Of a stretch of 64,000 bases of DNA, positions 49,886-60,293 are shown piece after piece. The first letter of the stretch is position 1. Each line of letters opens with the position of its first letter. The DNA is taken from NCBI GenBank assembly GCA_963761995.1, contig CAVXIU010000003.1, positions 8,612 through 72,611 of the forward strand, written 5' to 3'. The position numbers and the translations under genes were made by a program. Below the pieces are notes generated by a model. It was given only the letters and a program-made list of their open reading frames with translations, ran no database searches and was not told where the DNA came from. Source of the stretch: an uncultured delta proteobacterium (GTDB lineage Bacteria; Desulfobacterota; Binatia; UTPRO1).

Positions 49886-50216
49886 GCCAGCCGGGCGGCG
49901 AATTTGCGACGGCCGGCGGGTTAGCGCCCGTAGGCGCCATGGAGGAACCCGACCGCGCCGTGCTCCCCGTCAACTGAGCTGGTGTTGAGGCCGGTGGTGC
50001 GGCGTGAGTCCGCGCGGTCAGCATGAGGATCACGCCATCGCCAGCAGGATCAACAAGGTCTCGCGCCGGACGGCGCGGATGCCTCGTCCCGGGCGCCGGA
50101 GTACGGGTGCGGGCGGCAGCGAAGTCGGCGGTCCTCATGGCCGGCAGCCTTGCCGCCGGCGGCTCGCGCGCCGCTGGGGGCCTCGCGGCATCCTCGGGTA
50201 TCGCTCGATGGCGTCT

Positions 50217-51932
50217 TCAGCGTGCCGCGGTCCGTACCTCGTATGGCATCTCAGCCGCGAGCACGGTGCCGCCACCGACCGGGCTGTCCACGCGCAGGCG
50301 TCCGCCGACCGCCGCGACGCGGTCCTCGAGTCCGCGCAGCCCCGAGCCACGAGCGGTGTCCGCGCCGCCGATCCCGTCGTCTGAGACCTCGATGACCGCG
50401 AGCGAATCCGCGCGGAACACCCGGACCGACGCCCGCGACGCCTCGGCGTACTTGCCGACGTTGGCCAGCGCCTCGCAGACGACGAAGTACGCCGCGAGCT
50501 CGATCGCCGCCGGCAGCCGCTCGTCGAGACCGAACGAGACGGTCACCGGCGTCCGCGACCGCGTCGCGAGAGAGTCGAGCGCCACCTCCAGCCCGTGCTC
50601 GAGCACGGCGGGATGGATCCCGCGCGCGAGCTCGCGCAGCTCGGCGAGCGACTCGGACACCTCCCCGCGCGCGGCGGCTAGGAGCCCTACCGCGGCCTCC
50701 GGGTCCTCGCGGATGCGGTCCTCGGTCAGCCGCAGCGCGATCGCGAGCGAGACGAGCCGCTGCTGCGCGCCGTCGTGCAGGTCGCGCTCGATGCGCCGCC
50801 GCGCCTCATCGCCGGCCGCGACCAGGCGTGCCCGCGAACCGGCGAGCTCCTCGACGCGCGACTCGAGCTCCGCCTGCAGCCGCTCGCGCTCGAGCGCCAC
50901 GTTGGCGGCCGCGCAGACGACCTCGAGCAGCTCCGGCTCGTAGGCCAGCGCGGCATCGTGGACCAGCGCCGCGACGTGGTCGCCGTCGTGGTCGATCGGG
51001 GTTACCGCGCGGCGCGGGTCATCCGTCGGCAGCGTCAGCGGCCTGCCGCTCGCATCGACATAGCACTCAAACCCCGGCAGCCAATAGACGAGCTCGAGCG
51101 ACGGGTCATGGAGGGCACCGGACAGCAGCTCGCCGAGCCGCTCCGTATCCGGCGCCTGCTGCAGCCTGACCACAAGGTCGGCCATGCCGGCACGCGCCAG
51201 TTGCGCCCGCAGGATGCCGATCAAAAACGCGAGCGGAATCGACACAAGCACGATCACCGTCACCTCGTCGCCGGCGCGCATGAACTCGCCCGAGATCGAC
51301 CGGTAATACGCCTGCACGGCGAGCACGAGCACGGCGAGCGAGCCGGCGAGCGTCGGCATCAGCAGCCGCCGCAGCGGCGGCGCGGCATGCAGCCAGCGCG
51401 AGACGCCCACGATCGCGAGCGCCAGCCCCATCGTGGCGTTGAAGCCGGTCTGGTAGCGGTCGATCGCGTCAGCGAGGCCGGCGTCGGCCGAGATCAGCAG
51501 CGCCGTCTCGGGAACCGGCCGGAAGAACAGCCAGATCACCTGGACGAGCCCGGTGCCGATCACGAACCCGGCGATGATCAGCTTGTCGAGCCGCGCCGAG
51601 ATGCGGCCGCTCGGGAACCCGAGGACCAGCGCGGCGAGCGAGACCAGCCACCAATTCGCGATCACCTCGCTGAGCGTGTAGGAGACCTCGGCCACCAGCG
51701 GCACCGCCTGGAACAGGAAGCCGGTCAGCGTCATCAGCTGGCCGGTTCGGTTATCCGGCCTACGCTGCCACGCGATCAGCCCGCAGAAGATGAACGAGCC
51801 GCCGATCGAGCCGCCGATCACCTGCATCGCCGTGACCTCGCCCTCGCCGCCGAACAAAATCACGAAGCCCGCGACCACGGCGGCGATTCCGACCGGCCAG
51901 AGCACAACAGGCAGCCACGAGGTCCGCCTCAC
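50217..51932 (-). CDS. Membrane sensor histidine kinase (HisKA_3)
   Basis: ERDLHDGAQQRL, EALANVGKY, DDGIGG, GSGLRGL. Confidence 0.92.
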   Translation of the reverse strand: MRRTSWLPVVLWPVGIAAVVAGFVILFGGEGEVTAMQVIGGSIGGSFIFCGLIAWQRRPDNRTGQLMTLTGFLFQAVPLVAEVSYTLSEVIANWWLVSLAALVLGFPSGRISARLDKLIIAGFVIGTGLVQVIWLFFRPVPETALLISADAGLADAIDRYQTGFNATMGLALAIVGVSRWLHAAPPLRRLLMPTLAGSLAVLVLAVQAYYRSISGEFMRAGDEVTVIVLVSIPLAFLIGILRAQLARAGMADLVVRLQQAPDTERLGELLSGALHDPSLELVYWLPGFECYVDASGRPLTLPTDDPRRAVTPIDHDGDHVAALVHDAALAYEPELLEVVCAAANVALERERLQAELESRVEELAGSRARLVAAGDEARRRIERDLHDGAQQRLVSLAIALRLTEDRIREDPEAAVGLLAAARGEVSESLAELRELARGIHPAVLEHGLEVALDSLATRSRTPVTVSFGLDERLPAAIELAAYFVVCEALANVGKYAEASRASVRVFRADSLAVIEVSDDGIGGADTARGSGLRGLEDRVAAVGGRLRVDSPVGGGTVLAAEMPYEVRTAAR

Positions 51933-51949
51933 ACGCCGATGCTCTCACC

Positions 51950-52100
51950 CTGCCGCTGGCGCGACAAGTAGACCAGGACCGCGAGGATCCGGCGGTAGGC
52001 GTCCTCCCCGCACGGCAAGCCTGGCAAAGACTGCCCCGACGTGCTTGCGGACGGCGGGCTTAGTGATCACGAACCGCTCGCCGATCGCCTTGTTCGACAC
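51950..52100 (-). pseudogene. Remnant of a LuxR-type response regulator C-terminus
   Basis: SNKAIGERFVIT..AVRKHVGAVFARL, frameshift, then RRILAVLVYL. Confidence 0.6.
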
Positions 52101-52733
52101 TGTTGCCGCGCGCGGACGTCAGCTGAACATGTGAGAGAGAAGCAGGAGCAGGGGCCTGCGCCGCACCGCTCTTGCTGTGGACGAGCGGCGAGTGCGCCGC
52201 GCGACCCAGTGCGGACGCCTGCTTTGCCGTGGGGTGCAGGCCTCAGAGAGCGGGTATCCGACGCGCCCGGTGCTCGTCCGAGGCAGGCGTGTCCGACTCG
52301 AGGCGTCGGCGCCTGCTCGCAAGGGAGAAGCGGGCGTCCACACCCCGACGGTTCCTGACGGGCACCCGGGGGCGGGTGAAATGAGCGATCCTGCGGCGGT
52401 CGCTTGCTGCGGCCCGCGTTTCGCTTTGTGCCCTTGAGCCCGCTCAAAGTCTGGCGTGGGAGCCTCGCCGGGAACCCGGATTGGTGCCTTGAGCCCGCCC
52501 TTGAGTCCTACGTCCGTGAGTAGGGCGCCTGCAGTAAGCGTGCTCGCGGGCGGTGGCGTGATCGGTCCTGAGTCAGAAACTCCCGCTTGGTGCCGAGAGG
52601 CGTACGCCGAGCTTCTTCCCGATGTGCCCAATGTTGGGTGTGAGGGCAATCGCCGGCGGGGCTCCCCGCCGACGCAGACGCCGCTGAGGCCGTGCTCGAT
52701 GAGCATTCGTGTGACCGCTACGCGGTAGAGGCG

Positions 52734-53297
52734 TCAGGCGGGTTGCCGGGACCTGGGCTTCCTTTGTGGGGCGAGCTCGCGCTCGACGTCGTCGAGGAGT
52801 TCCTCGTGCAGCTCGAGGAAGCGGCGCAGAAACCCGGTGACGAGCCGCAGGTATTTCTCGCGGTGCGGGAGGTCGGCTGCGCGGCGCTCGGCGTCTTGGA
52901 GGCGCGCGGCGATGTCGGCGAGGTCGTCGCGCAGGGTGGCCATGCTCTCGCGCGTGACCTCCTCGCCGACGAGGTCGCAGATGAGCAGGCGCAGGAGTGC
53001 GTCGCTCTTGAGCGGCGTGAAGGCGACGGAGTTGCGCGCGTACTCGCGCAGCGCGTCGAGTCCCTTGTCGGTGAGCGTGTAGACGGTGCGCTCGCGGGTC
53101 TTGCCGGGCTCCTTGCGGGCCTCGAGGTAGCCGAGGTTCGCGAGGCGCTTGGGCTCGGTGTAGTACTGGCTCTCGCCGGCCCAGGCGAGCATCCGGCCGC
53201 GCTGCGCCATGCGCAGCAGGTCGTGCGGGCCGGCGCCATCGCGGCCGACGAGGCCCAGGATCTCGATGGCGAAGAGGCTAAGTTCGGTGGTGGCCAT
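52734..53297 (-). CDS. PadR family regulator
   Basis: SQYYTEPKRL..LGYL, VYTLTDKG. Confidence 0.85.
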   Translation of the reverse strand: MATTELSLFAIEILGLVGRDGAGPHDLLRMAQRGRMLAWAGESQYYTEPKRLANLGYLEARKEPGKTRERTVYTLTDKGLDALREYARNSVAFTPLKSDALLRLLICDLVGEEVTRESMATLRDDLADIAARLQDAERRAADLPHREKYLRLVTGFLRRFLELHEELLDDVERELAPQRKPRSRQPA

Positions 53298-53381
53298 GTA
53301 ACGGACAGGCTCCTCGCTTGACAAGGCTACAGTTCATAGCTTACCGTAGCTATGGTCCATAGGCTAGTGAGAGGAATGGAC

Positions 53382-54182
53382 ATGACATCGACCGCCGTCA
53401 CAGGCAGCGCCGAACGCTGGGGGGCGCTGTGGGGCGCACGCCCCGCGGACTGGGCGCTGAGCGAGGACCAGCAGGTGCCGACCTACGCGGAGGCGCTGAG
53501 GCGTGTCGGGCTCGAGCCGGCGCAGCTGGTGCTCGACATCGGCTGCGGCGTCGGGGCGTTCCTGCGCCTCGTCACGGACGGCGACGCGCGCGCGTTCGGC
53601 TTGGACGCCTCCGACGCGCTGCTCGACGTCGCTCGCCAGCGCCTGCCGGACGCCGATCTTCGGGTCGGCGAGATGGAGGCGCTGCCCTACGAGGACGACA
53701 CGTTCGACCTCGTCACCGGCTTCAACTCGTTCTTCTTCGCTAACGACATCATCGCCGCGCTTCGCGAGGCCGGCCGTGTCGCCAAGCCGGGGGCCCCGAT
53801 CGTCATCCAGGTCTGGGGCCCTCACGAGGGCAACGACCTCGAGGCGGTGAAGACGATCATCAGGCCGTACTTCCCGCCTCGCCCAGCGGACGCGCCCCCA
53901 GAGCCCGACTACTCCAAGCCCGGCGTGCTCGAGGACATCGCCGGCAAGGCCGGCCTCGAACTCGAGAGCACGTTCGACAGCACCTGGTCCTACGAGTTCC
54001 CCGACGAGGAGGCCGTCCGGCGCGCGCTCATCGCACCCGCCGGGATCGCGGTCCTCGTCGGTCCCGACCACGAGAACGAGGTCAAGGACGCGATCGTCGA
54101 AGGACTCGCGACGCATCGCGCCCCTGATGGGACTTACCGGCTTCAGAACACCTTCCACTCCCTCATCGCCCGCGCACGATGA
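53382..54182 (+). CDS. Class I SAM-dependent methyltransferase
   Basis: VLDIGCGVG, LPYEDDTFD. Confidence 0.9.
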   Translation: MTSTAVTGSAERWGALWGARPADWALSEDQQVPTYAEALRRVGLEPAQLVLDIGCGVGAFLRLVTDGDARAFGLDASDALLDVARQRLPDADLRVGEMEALPYEDDTFDLVTGFNSFFFANDIIAALREAGRVAKPGAPIVIQVWGPHEGNDLEAVKTIIRPYFPPRPADAPPEPDYSKPGVLEDIAGKAGLELESTFDSTWSYEFPDEEAVRRALIAPAGIAVLVGPDHENEVKDAIVEGLATHRAPDGTYRLQNTFHSLIARAR

Positions 54183-54499
54183 GCTACTACGCCGTCATCC
54201 GACAAGCCGGCCCGGGCTGGAACGAGGGTGGAATCGCCGCGCAGCCGGACGTCGCCGACCACGCCGCGTTCATGAACGACCTCGCCGACGAAGGCTTCGT
54301 CCTCTTCGCCGGGCCGCTCGCCGGAAGCGAGAACGCGCGCCTGCGCGCCCTGCTGATCGTAGACACCAACAGCGAAAACGCGATCCGCGACCGCCTCGCC
54401 GACGACCCCTGGGCGCGCACGAACCGCCTCGCGATAACGCGCATCGAGCCCTGGAACCTAATCGTCGGAGCGGAGCGGCTCGCAGCGCTCGCAAGTTGA
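54179..54499 (+). CDS. YciI family protein
   Basis: HAAFM, AGPL, DDPW; coupled to the upstream gene. Confidence 0.8.
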   Translation: MSYYAVIRQAGPGWNEGGIAAQPDVADHAAFMNDLADEGFVLFAGPLAGSENARLRALLIVDTNSENAIRDRLADDPWARTNRLAITRIEPWNLIVGAERLAALAS

Positions 54500-54739
54500 G
54501 AGAGGAGACCGAGCGACCGCTCCCCGTTCGAGTTGAGCTGGACTCCGTTGGGCGGCGAGCGTCTCACGGGGTCGGGTCAGACGCCCGCATCGGGCCGCAG
54601 AGGACGCGCGAGCCGATCTACGATCGCGGTGCTCGAGCGGGCCGTGCGCGCGCCCTCGGCAACCGGGCGGCTTGGCGAACAAGCGATCCGATCCCCTTTG
54701 ATGAGATCCAACTGCGCTCTCCGAACGGAGGACCGTGAC

Positions 54740-55546
54740 ATGAACACCACCAAGCACCACGAGGGCTGGGCGCTGCGGGAGTCCGGCCCGGCCGACGCAG
54801 ATCACGCGGTGCTATTGCTCGCGGGAGCCCTCGTCACGGCGACGTACTACGAGGACGTGCTGGCAGAGCCGAGGCTGAAGGAGGCGTCGGCCCGCTTCGT
54901 GGCTGCGACGCTGCCGGGACACGGCGGCACTCAGCCTCCGGAGGATCTCAGCATGGACAACTACGCGAGGCTCGCGGGCAAGCTCGCCGCCGACTTCCGC
55001 TGCGACGCTGTGGTCGGCCATAGCCTGGGCGCCAACGTGGCAATCGAGATGCTCGCCGCGGGCCACTTCTCCGGGTCGCTGGTGCTGCTTGCGCCGAGCT
55101 TCTCACGCGAGGACGAGTCCAAGTTTCCGCGCGCGCTTGATCGCATCAGCCGCGTGCTCGGGCATCTGCCCTATGCGGCGATGCTAAAGGTGATCGGGCC
55201 AGCGATGAAGAGCAGCTTGCCGCCGGATCGCAGCAATTCGCTGATCGCGGAGATGAAGAGGAACGATCCGCGCTTCCTGCAACGCCAGACCCGCCGTTAC
55301 CTCGACTACCTGGACCGCCACGGCTCGCTGGTCTCCCGCCTGTGCGATACGGGCGCCCGGGCGTGCGTCGTGTTCGGCGAGCGCGACGACGTCGGACTAG
55401 CCGACGACGAACGGCGCGCGCTCGAGGCGTGCCCTCACGTGGCCGTCGTCACGATCCCCAACGCGGGTCACTTCACGCTCAACGAGGAGCCCGGTCGGAT
55501 CGCTGAACTGATCATCCAGATGGTCTCCGCGGACGCGGCGCGCTGA
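54740..55546 (+). CDS. Alpha/beta hydrolase
   Basis: LPGHG, GHSLGA, AGHF. Confidence 0.85.
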   Translation: MNTTKHHEGWALRESGPADADHAVLLLAGALVTATYYEDVLAEPRLKEASARFVAATLPGHGGTQPPEDLSMDNYARLAGKLAADFRCDAVVGHSLGANVAIEMLAAGHFSGSLVLLAPSFSREDESKFPRALDRISRVLGHLPYAAMLKVIGPAMKSSLPPDRSNSLIAEMKRNDPRFLQRQTRRYLDYLDRHGSLVSRLCDTGARACVVFGERDDVGLADDERRALEACPHVAVVTIPNAGHFTLNEEPGRIAELIIQMVSADAAR

Positions 55547-55630
55547 CAACGAGTCGGACACGCGCGACGCAGAGTGTCGCTCTCGCCCGGATGCGGTCGT
55601 CTCCACCGACGCCTACGAGGCGCCTGTTCG

Positions 55631-55732
55631 GGACGAGCCGCGAGCGTCTCGGGCGGCTATCGACTCACGCCTGCTCTCGTCGACGATTGCGAAAGCGCGC
55701 AGCTTGTTGAGCATCACGACCGGAGCTCGTCC
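55631..55732 (+). repeat. 102-bp repeat (copy 2)
   Basis: 99/102 identical to 3975-4076. Confidence 0.9.
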
Positions 55733-55959
55733 TTTGCGAGCGTGGGCGCGACGGTTGCTCGGACGCTCGCTGTCCCCCGGTACCAGTAGTCAGCCAGCCC
55801 GCGCGGCGCGAACCGCCCCGGTGTTGAGCCGAGTCAGGCGCCGTTTACCGCGGGCCGGTGATCCGGGGTCGGCAGCCGGAGCGAGACGGCGCTGATATTC
55901 GCGCCTGGCGGCGCGTGGATCGGTACGGTCGCGTCAAGCTAATCGTGGAGGTTGCTGCC

Positions 55960-56247
55960 GTGTATGTACGTGTCGTCAGGTTCAGTGATGTGAGCGCCGA
56001 GCGAATCGAAGGGCTGCGGGCCCGCATCGAGGAGTCCGACGGACCGCCGCCCGGCATCCCCACCACCGGCCTGAAGGTGCTCTACGACGGAGAACAGGGA
56101 ACCGCCGTGGTGCTCCAGTACTTCGCGACCGCGGAGGACATGGACGCTGGCGCCCAGGCGTTCGGCGCGATGGACGCGGCCGAGACGCCGGGAACGCGCG
56201 CCTCCGTGGACATGTGCGAGCTCGAGCTCGAGCTCGAGGCGTCTTGA
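55960..56247 (+). CDS. Small hypothetical protein (possible dimeric alpha-beta barrel)
   Basis: RBS GGAGG, GC3-rich codons. Confidence 0.7.
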   Translation: MYVRVVRFSDVSAERIEGLRARIEESDGPPPGIPTTGLKVLYDGEQGTAVVLQYFATAEDMDAGAQAFGAMDAAETPGTRASVDMCELELELEAS

Positions 56248-56473
56248 CGCTGGGCTAGCTCGTCGAGCCCACGCGGCGATCGCGTGGCCGATCTGCGTGC
56301 AGGACAGCAGGCGTCCCAGAGCTCCGGGAATCGTCAGCGAGTTCGAAACACCGACAGCCCGAGCCGCGGCGGGTCGCGCGCATCAGCTCTGCTAGGCGCG
56401 AGTGCCATCTCACGAAGGTTCATGTGCGAGCCTCCACCGCGCGGGCGTAGTGTTGGCGGCCACGGAGCCCCCC

Positions 56474-56878
56474 GTGAACCACCCGCCGCGCGATTCCCCG
56501 ACCACCGTCGAGCAGTTGCTCGCCGCAGCCCGCGGTCAGCTCGCCCGGTTGAGCCCACGGGAGGCCGATGCCGCGATGCGCGACGGCGCGAAGCTGGTCG
56601 ACATCCGCTCCGACCGCCAGCGTGCCGCTGACGGCACGATCCCGGGCGCGTACTTCGTGCCCCGCAACGTGCTCGAATGGCGCCTCGACCCCGCGTGCGC
56701 TCACCGCGACGCTGAGCTCGCCCGAAGCGACGCCGCGCTGATCCTGATCTGCGACGAGGGCTATCAATCCAGCCTCGCCGCCGCCACGGTCCGACGATTC
56801 GGCGAGCGTCCGGTCACAGACGTCGTCGGCGGATTCCGCGCGTGGAGAGCCGCGGGGCTCCCCGTCCGGTCAAAGTAG
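56474..56878 (+). CDS. Rhodanese-like protein
   Basis: LVDIR, GTIPGA, ICDEGYQSS, VGGFRAW. Confidence 0.88.
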   Translation: MNHPPRDSPTTVEQLLAAARGQLARLSPREADAAMRDGAKLVDIRSDRQRAADGTIPGAYFVPRNVLEWRLDPACAHRDAELARSDAALILICDEGYQSSLAAATVRRFGERPVTDVVGGFRAWRAAGLPVRSK

Positions 56879-56955
56879 CCGCGCGGCGTGGCGATCTCGA
56901 CCGGACGCCGTTGGTCTGAGATGCTCAGTGGCCTGGTCCCGACTGGAGGGCGGCG

Positions 56956-57318
56956 ATGAAGATCACGTACTTCGTCAGCGCGGGCGTGGGCGACGCGACG
57001 CGCGCGTCGATCCCGCTGCATCTGGCGGCCAACGGCTCGGTCGAGGTGGGGCAGGAGACGTCGATCATCCTCGGCGGCGACGCCGCAGAGTTGCTGCTGG
57101 GCGACAACCTGCAGACGCTGGAGGGCGTGGGCGTGCCGCCCGCGCGCGAGCTGCTTGCCAAGCTCCGGGACCACGCGGTCCCGGTGTTTGTCTGAAAGGG
57201 CTGCGCCGTCGCCCGTGGGGCGAACGACGAGGACCTGGAGAAGGTCAACGGCAGCTGGGTGACCCCGCCTGATGTGGCGCGGCTCTTTGGCGAGAGTGAC
57301 CGCGTCGCGACCTTCTGA
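56956..57318 (+). CDS. DsrE/DsrF-like protein, probable selenoprotein (UGA at 57193-57195)
   Basis: Read-through gives VPVFV-U-KGCAVARG...DRVATF (120 aa); hairpin just 3' of the UGA. Confidence 0.8.
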
Positions 57319-57469
57319 GCGGCTTGTCTAGCATCGGTCCCGGTAGAGCCGTTGTGGACGGCGGTTGCCGCGCGCGTGGCGCGGCTGCTGTCTGCTAGCC
57401 GTCTGGCCGGGAGAGCCCTCAGCCGAGCCGGGCCGCCCACCGGCCCCCTGCCGACGATTCTCTGGCGAG

Positions 57470-57900
57470 GACGGGAGAAGGCTTGAACCCTGTGCCGATG
57501 ACATTGATGCCGCGCGACGCCTCCCAGGCGATCTCCGGGAGTGTGAGGATGGCCTGAGTCGCGGAGGTCTGCTCCCAGGCGCCGAACAGCACGAAGATCG
57601 CCCCGACGACGGTGAGGGGGCCGCCGATGAGGCCCAGCAGGGCCATGCGGTTGCGGAACGAGGCCGGACCGGTACATCAGGTAGCCGAGCAGCAGGCCGT
57701 TCCCGAGCCCCGCGCAGACAGGCGGGCCCGAGCAGGAACGTCCCGTCTTTGATCGCCACGAGCGCCCTGCCCATCGCGTCGAGCGTGGCCGGATCCGAGT
57801 TGGCGGCTCCCGCCAGGTCCTCCCGCAACGTCACGACGGCAAGGAGGCTCATGAGGCCGACGACGATGACGGTCGAATCAAGGACGCGAGTGGCGACATG
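57470..57900 (-). pseudogene. DUF4386-like gene remnant
   Basis: ATRVLDSTVI...TFLLGP, MYRSGLVP and LGLIGGPL..PEIAWE in different frames. Confidence 0.65.
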
Positions 57901-58031
57901 AGCCGGACGCTGCTGACAAGCCGACCGCCGCGCCCAATTCAAGCGGCGCTGCCACCGCACCGGCCACCTCGCTTGCAACGCGACCCCCGCGAGCGCGAGG
58001 ATCTCATGGTCAATCGAGGAGAGGACCTGCC

Positions 58032-58394
58032 GTGGCTGGTGTGGAAACACGCGACTTCGATTCGCCTGATGAGACGCGGACGCCGGACAAGACGCAGGTG
58101 GATGTGGTGCGCATCGGCGCGACGACGGTCGGGCGGTTCGCGTTTGAGCCGGGGTGGCGGTGGTCGGAATGCGTCAAGCCCGTCGCTGGAACCGAGAGTT
58201 GCCAGGCTCGCCACGTCGGCGTTGCCCACTCCGGCCGGATCGGCGTCCAGCACGAGGACGGCACCGAGGTCGAGATCGGCCCGGGCGAGGCGTATGTCAT
58301 CGAGCCCGGCCACGACGCGTGGGTCGTCGGCGACGAGCGGTTCGTCGGGTTCGAGTTCGAACAGCGAGCGGCGGAGGAATACGCCAAGGGCTGA
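58032..58394 (+). CDS. Cupin domain protein
   Basis: PGWRWSEC..CQARH...PGHDAWVVG. Confidence 0.85.
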   Translation: MAGVETRDFDSPDETRTPDKTQVDVVRIGATTVGRFAFEPGWRWSECVKPVAGTESCQARHVGVAHSGRIGVQHEDGTEVEIGPGEAYVIEPGHDAWVVGDERFVGFEFEQRAAEEYAKG

Positions 58395-58504
58395 ACGGTC
58401 GTCTCAGCGTCCACGGGTCGCCGATGTTGAGCCAGCAGCTCGGCATTCAGGACAGTCGGAACTCGTCCCGAGCGTGAGCGGCGGCAAGCGACTGTGGGCA
58501 GGAT

Positions 58505-58969
58505 TCAGCTCGCGGGCGCGCGGCGACAGTCCTTGCCGCCCACCTGGACGACTCGCAGCGCCAGGTCGGCGCCCGGGTGCTCCTCGCCCGGTGCCGGGAA
58601 GAGGGCGCACTCCGCAGGGGTCACGCAGCCACATTCCTGCGCGACTTCGAGCCACCCCTTCATCGCCTTGGTGCGCTCGAGGAGCGCCTCGACCTCGCCG
58701 AGCTTCTGGCTCGAGAGCGAGCGCATCGGCTCGCCGAGGCCGTCGGCCCCGTCGATCAGCTCCTTGATCTCGCGCAGTTTGAAGCCGGCGCTCTGGGCGA
58801 CGCCGATGAACCCGAGCTTGCCCAGCACATCCGCGTCGTAGCGCCTCTGGCCCCCCGAACGATCGGGCTTGGGAAGCAGGCCGATCCGCTCGTAGTAGCG
58901 GATCGAGGACGTCGCCACTCCGGCGCGTCGCGCCACCTCGCCGATCGTCAGCTCCGGGAATCCATCCAT
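58505..58969 (-). CDS. MerR family, SoxR-like regulator
   Basis: LTIGEVARRAG..SSIRYYE, GGQRRY, ECGC.....C. Confidence 0.85.
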   Translation of the reverse strand: MDGFPELTIGEVARRAGVATSSIRYYERIGLLPKPDRSGGQRRYDADVLGKLGFIGVAQSAGFKLREIKELIDGADGLGEPMRSLSSQKLGEVEALLERTKAMKGWLEVAQECGCVTPAECALFPAPGEEHPGADLALRVVQVGGKDCRRAPAS

Positions 58970-58983
58970 CCTGAATGAGGCCC

Positions 58984-59014
58984 TTGACTTGAACCGCGCT
59001 TCAAGGCCGATGGT
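58984..59014 (+). promoter_or_regulatory. MerR-type promoter with dyad
   Basis: TTGACT, 19-bp spacer, GATGGT; dyad CTTGAA-N6-TTCAAG. Confidence 0.75.
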
Positions 59015-59058
59015 AGTCCGCGAACGGTCCAACCGACAAGACCCGAGGAGGTAGACAG

Positions 59059-59427
59059 ATGACCGTCAAGACCCGCACATCGTTCGATCTCGAGGCGTTC
59101 AGACGCGGCTATGAGGAGTGGGACATCGACGCCCTGCTCGCGCTCTACGCCGACGACGTCGAGCTGATCCAGATCGACCGCGACAACCCGCCGAGCGCCC
59201 CGCGCGTTCGGCACGGCAAGGAAATGTTCAAGGGCATGTTCGAGCACTGCGCATCCGCCGGCGTCAAAGCGACGGTGGAGAACGCAGTTGCGGGAGAGCA
59301 TCGCGCCGCCGCCACCGTCACCTGCGAGTTCCCGGGTGGCCGCAAGGTCGTCGCGAACGGGATCTTCGAGCTCAAGGATGCTCGCATCGTCCGCGAGCGG
59401 CAAGTCCTGTCAGGCGATCCGAAGTAG
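59059..59427 (+). CDS. NTF2/SnoaL-like protein
   Basis: DIDALLALYADD, RBS GAGGAGG. Confidence 0.85.
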   Translation: MTVKTRTSFDLEAFRRGYEEWDIDALLALYADDVELIQIDRDNPPSAPRVRHGKEMFKGMFEHCASAGVKATVENAVAGEHRAAATVTCEFPGGRKVVANGIFELKDARIVRERQVLSGDPK

Positions 59428-59502
59428 CAAGCCGACCACTTGCGTGCGCCGACGACGCACGCGGCGTGAGTACCCCCCAACCGACCGAACAGGAGGTAGG
59501 CA

Positions 59503-59889
59503 ATGCCGAAGGCATCGAAGGAAACGGCGTCTGCGCATGAGACGCTCGATGGCTACGAAGGCCACTTCGAGCACTTCGCAGACGGCTGGACCGTGGGTTT
59601 CGAGACCTACACGCAGGACGCGGATCTGTCCCCGTTGTTCAAGGGGCTCACGAATGACGAGTGCCAGTGCGAGCACATGGGCTACGTGATCAAGGGAAGG
59701 GTCGCGTTTCGCTCAGGCGACACCGAGGAGGTGTTCCAGGGCGGCGACGCGTACTACGTCGGCCCAGGCCACACCCCGATCCTCTACGCCGGCACCGAGG
59801 TGGTGGAGTTCAGCCCCACCGAGGAGCTCGGCCGGACCATGGAGGTCGTGACCAAGAACCTGGAGGAAATGGAGCCCGCGTCCTCCTGA
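59503..59889 (+). CDS. Cupin-like protein
   Basis: CQCEHMGYV, PGH, VEFSP. Confidence 0.8.
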   Translation: MPKASKETASAHETLDGYEGHFEHFADGWTVGFETYTQDADLSPLFKGLTNDECQCEHMGYVIKGRVAFRSGDTEEVFQGGDAYYVGPGHTPILYAGTEVVEFSPTEELGRTMEVVTKNLEEMEPASS

Positions 59890-59899
59890 GGAGCAGCCC

Positions 59900-59924
59900 G
59901 GGCGCCCGCATCTTGCGGGCGCCC
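59900..59924 (+). terminator. GC-rich hairpin after the cupin gene
   Basis: GGGCGCCCGCA-TCT-TGCGGGCGCCC. Confidence 0.55.
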
Positions 59925-60293
59925 GCCGCCGCGCCGGTCAGGGCCTCGGCGCAAATGACCGGCCTCCCGCTTCGCACGCGCTAAGCAAGCGTCTCGGCGA
60001 CCTCGGCATAGATGCCCGCTCCGGACGAGCTACGACAGTCCTGCTCGGATTCCGGCTCGCTCTCGCATGATTCGCGAAGCAGGCGCGTAGCCTCAACCCT
60101 CCGTCTAGTGAGCGGCAGTGCGGCTAAGCGAAATCCTTACGCCGAGGACGTGCGGCGAAAAAATGGAGATGAGACGCCTCCATCTCCTGAACTGCGTGCA
60201 AAGCGCGCAAATAGCGGGCCCCTGCTTGAAGCTCTGGTCAGCGGAGAACCTCGTGGTTTCCAGGGATTGCGCGTCTTCAGCCAACACAGCCCG

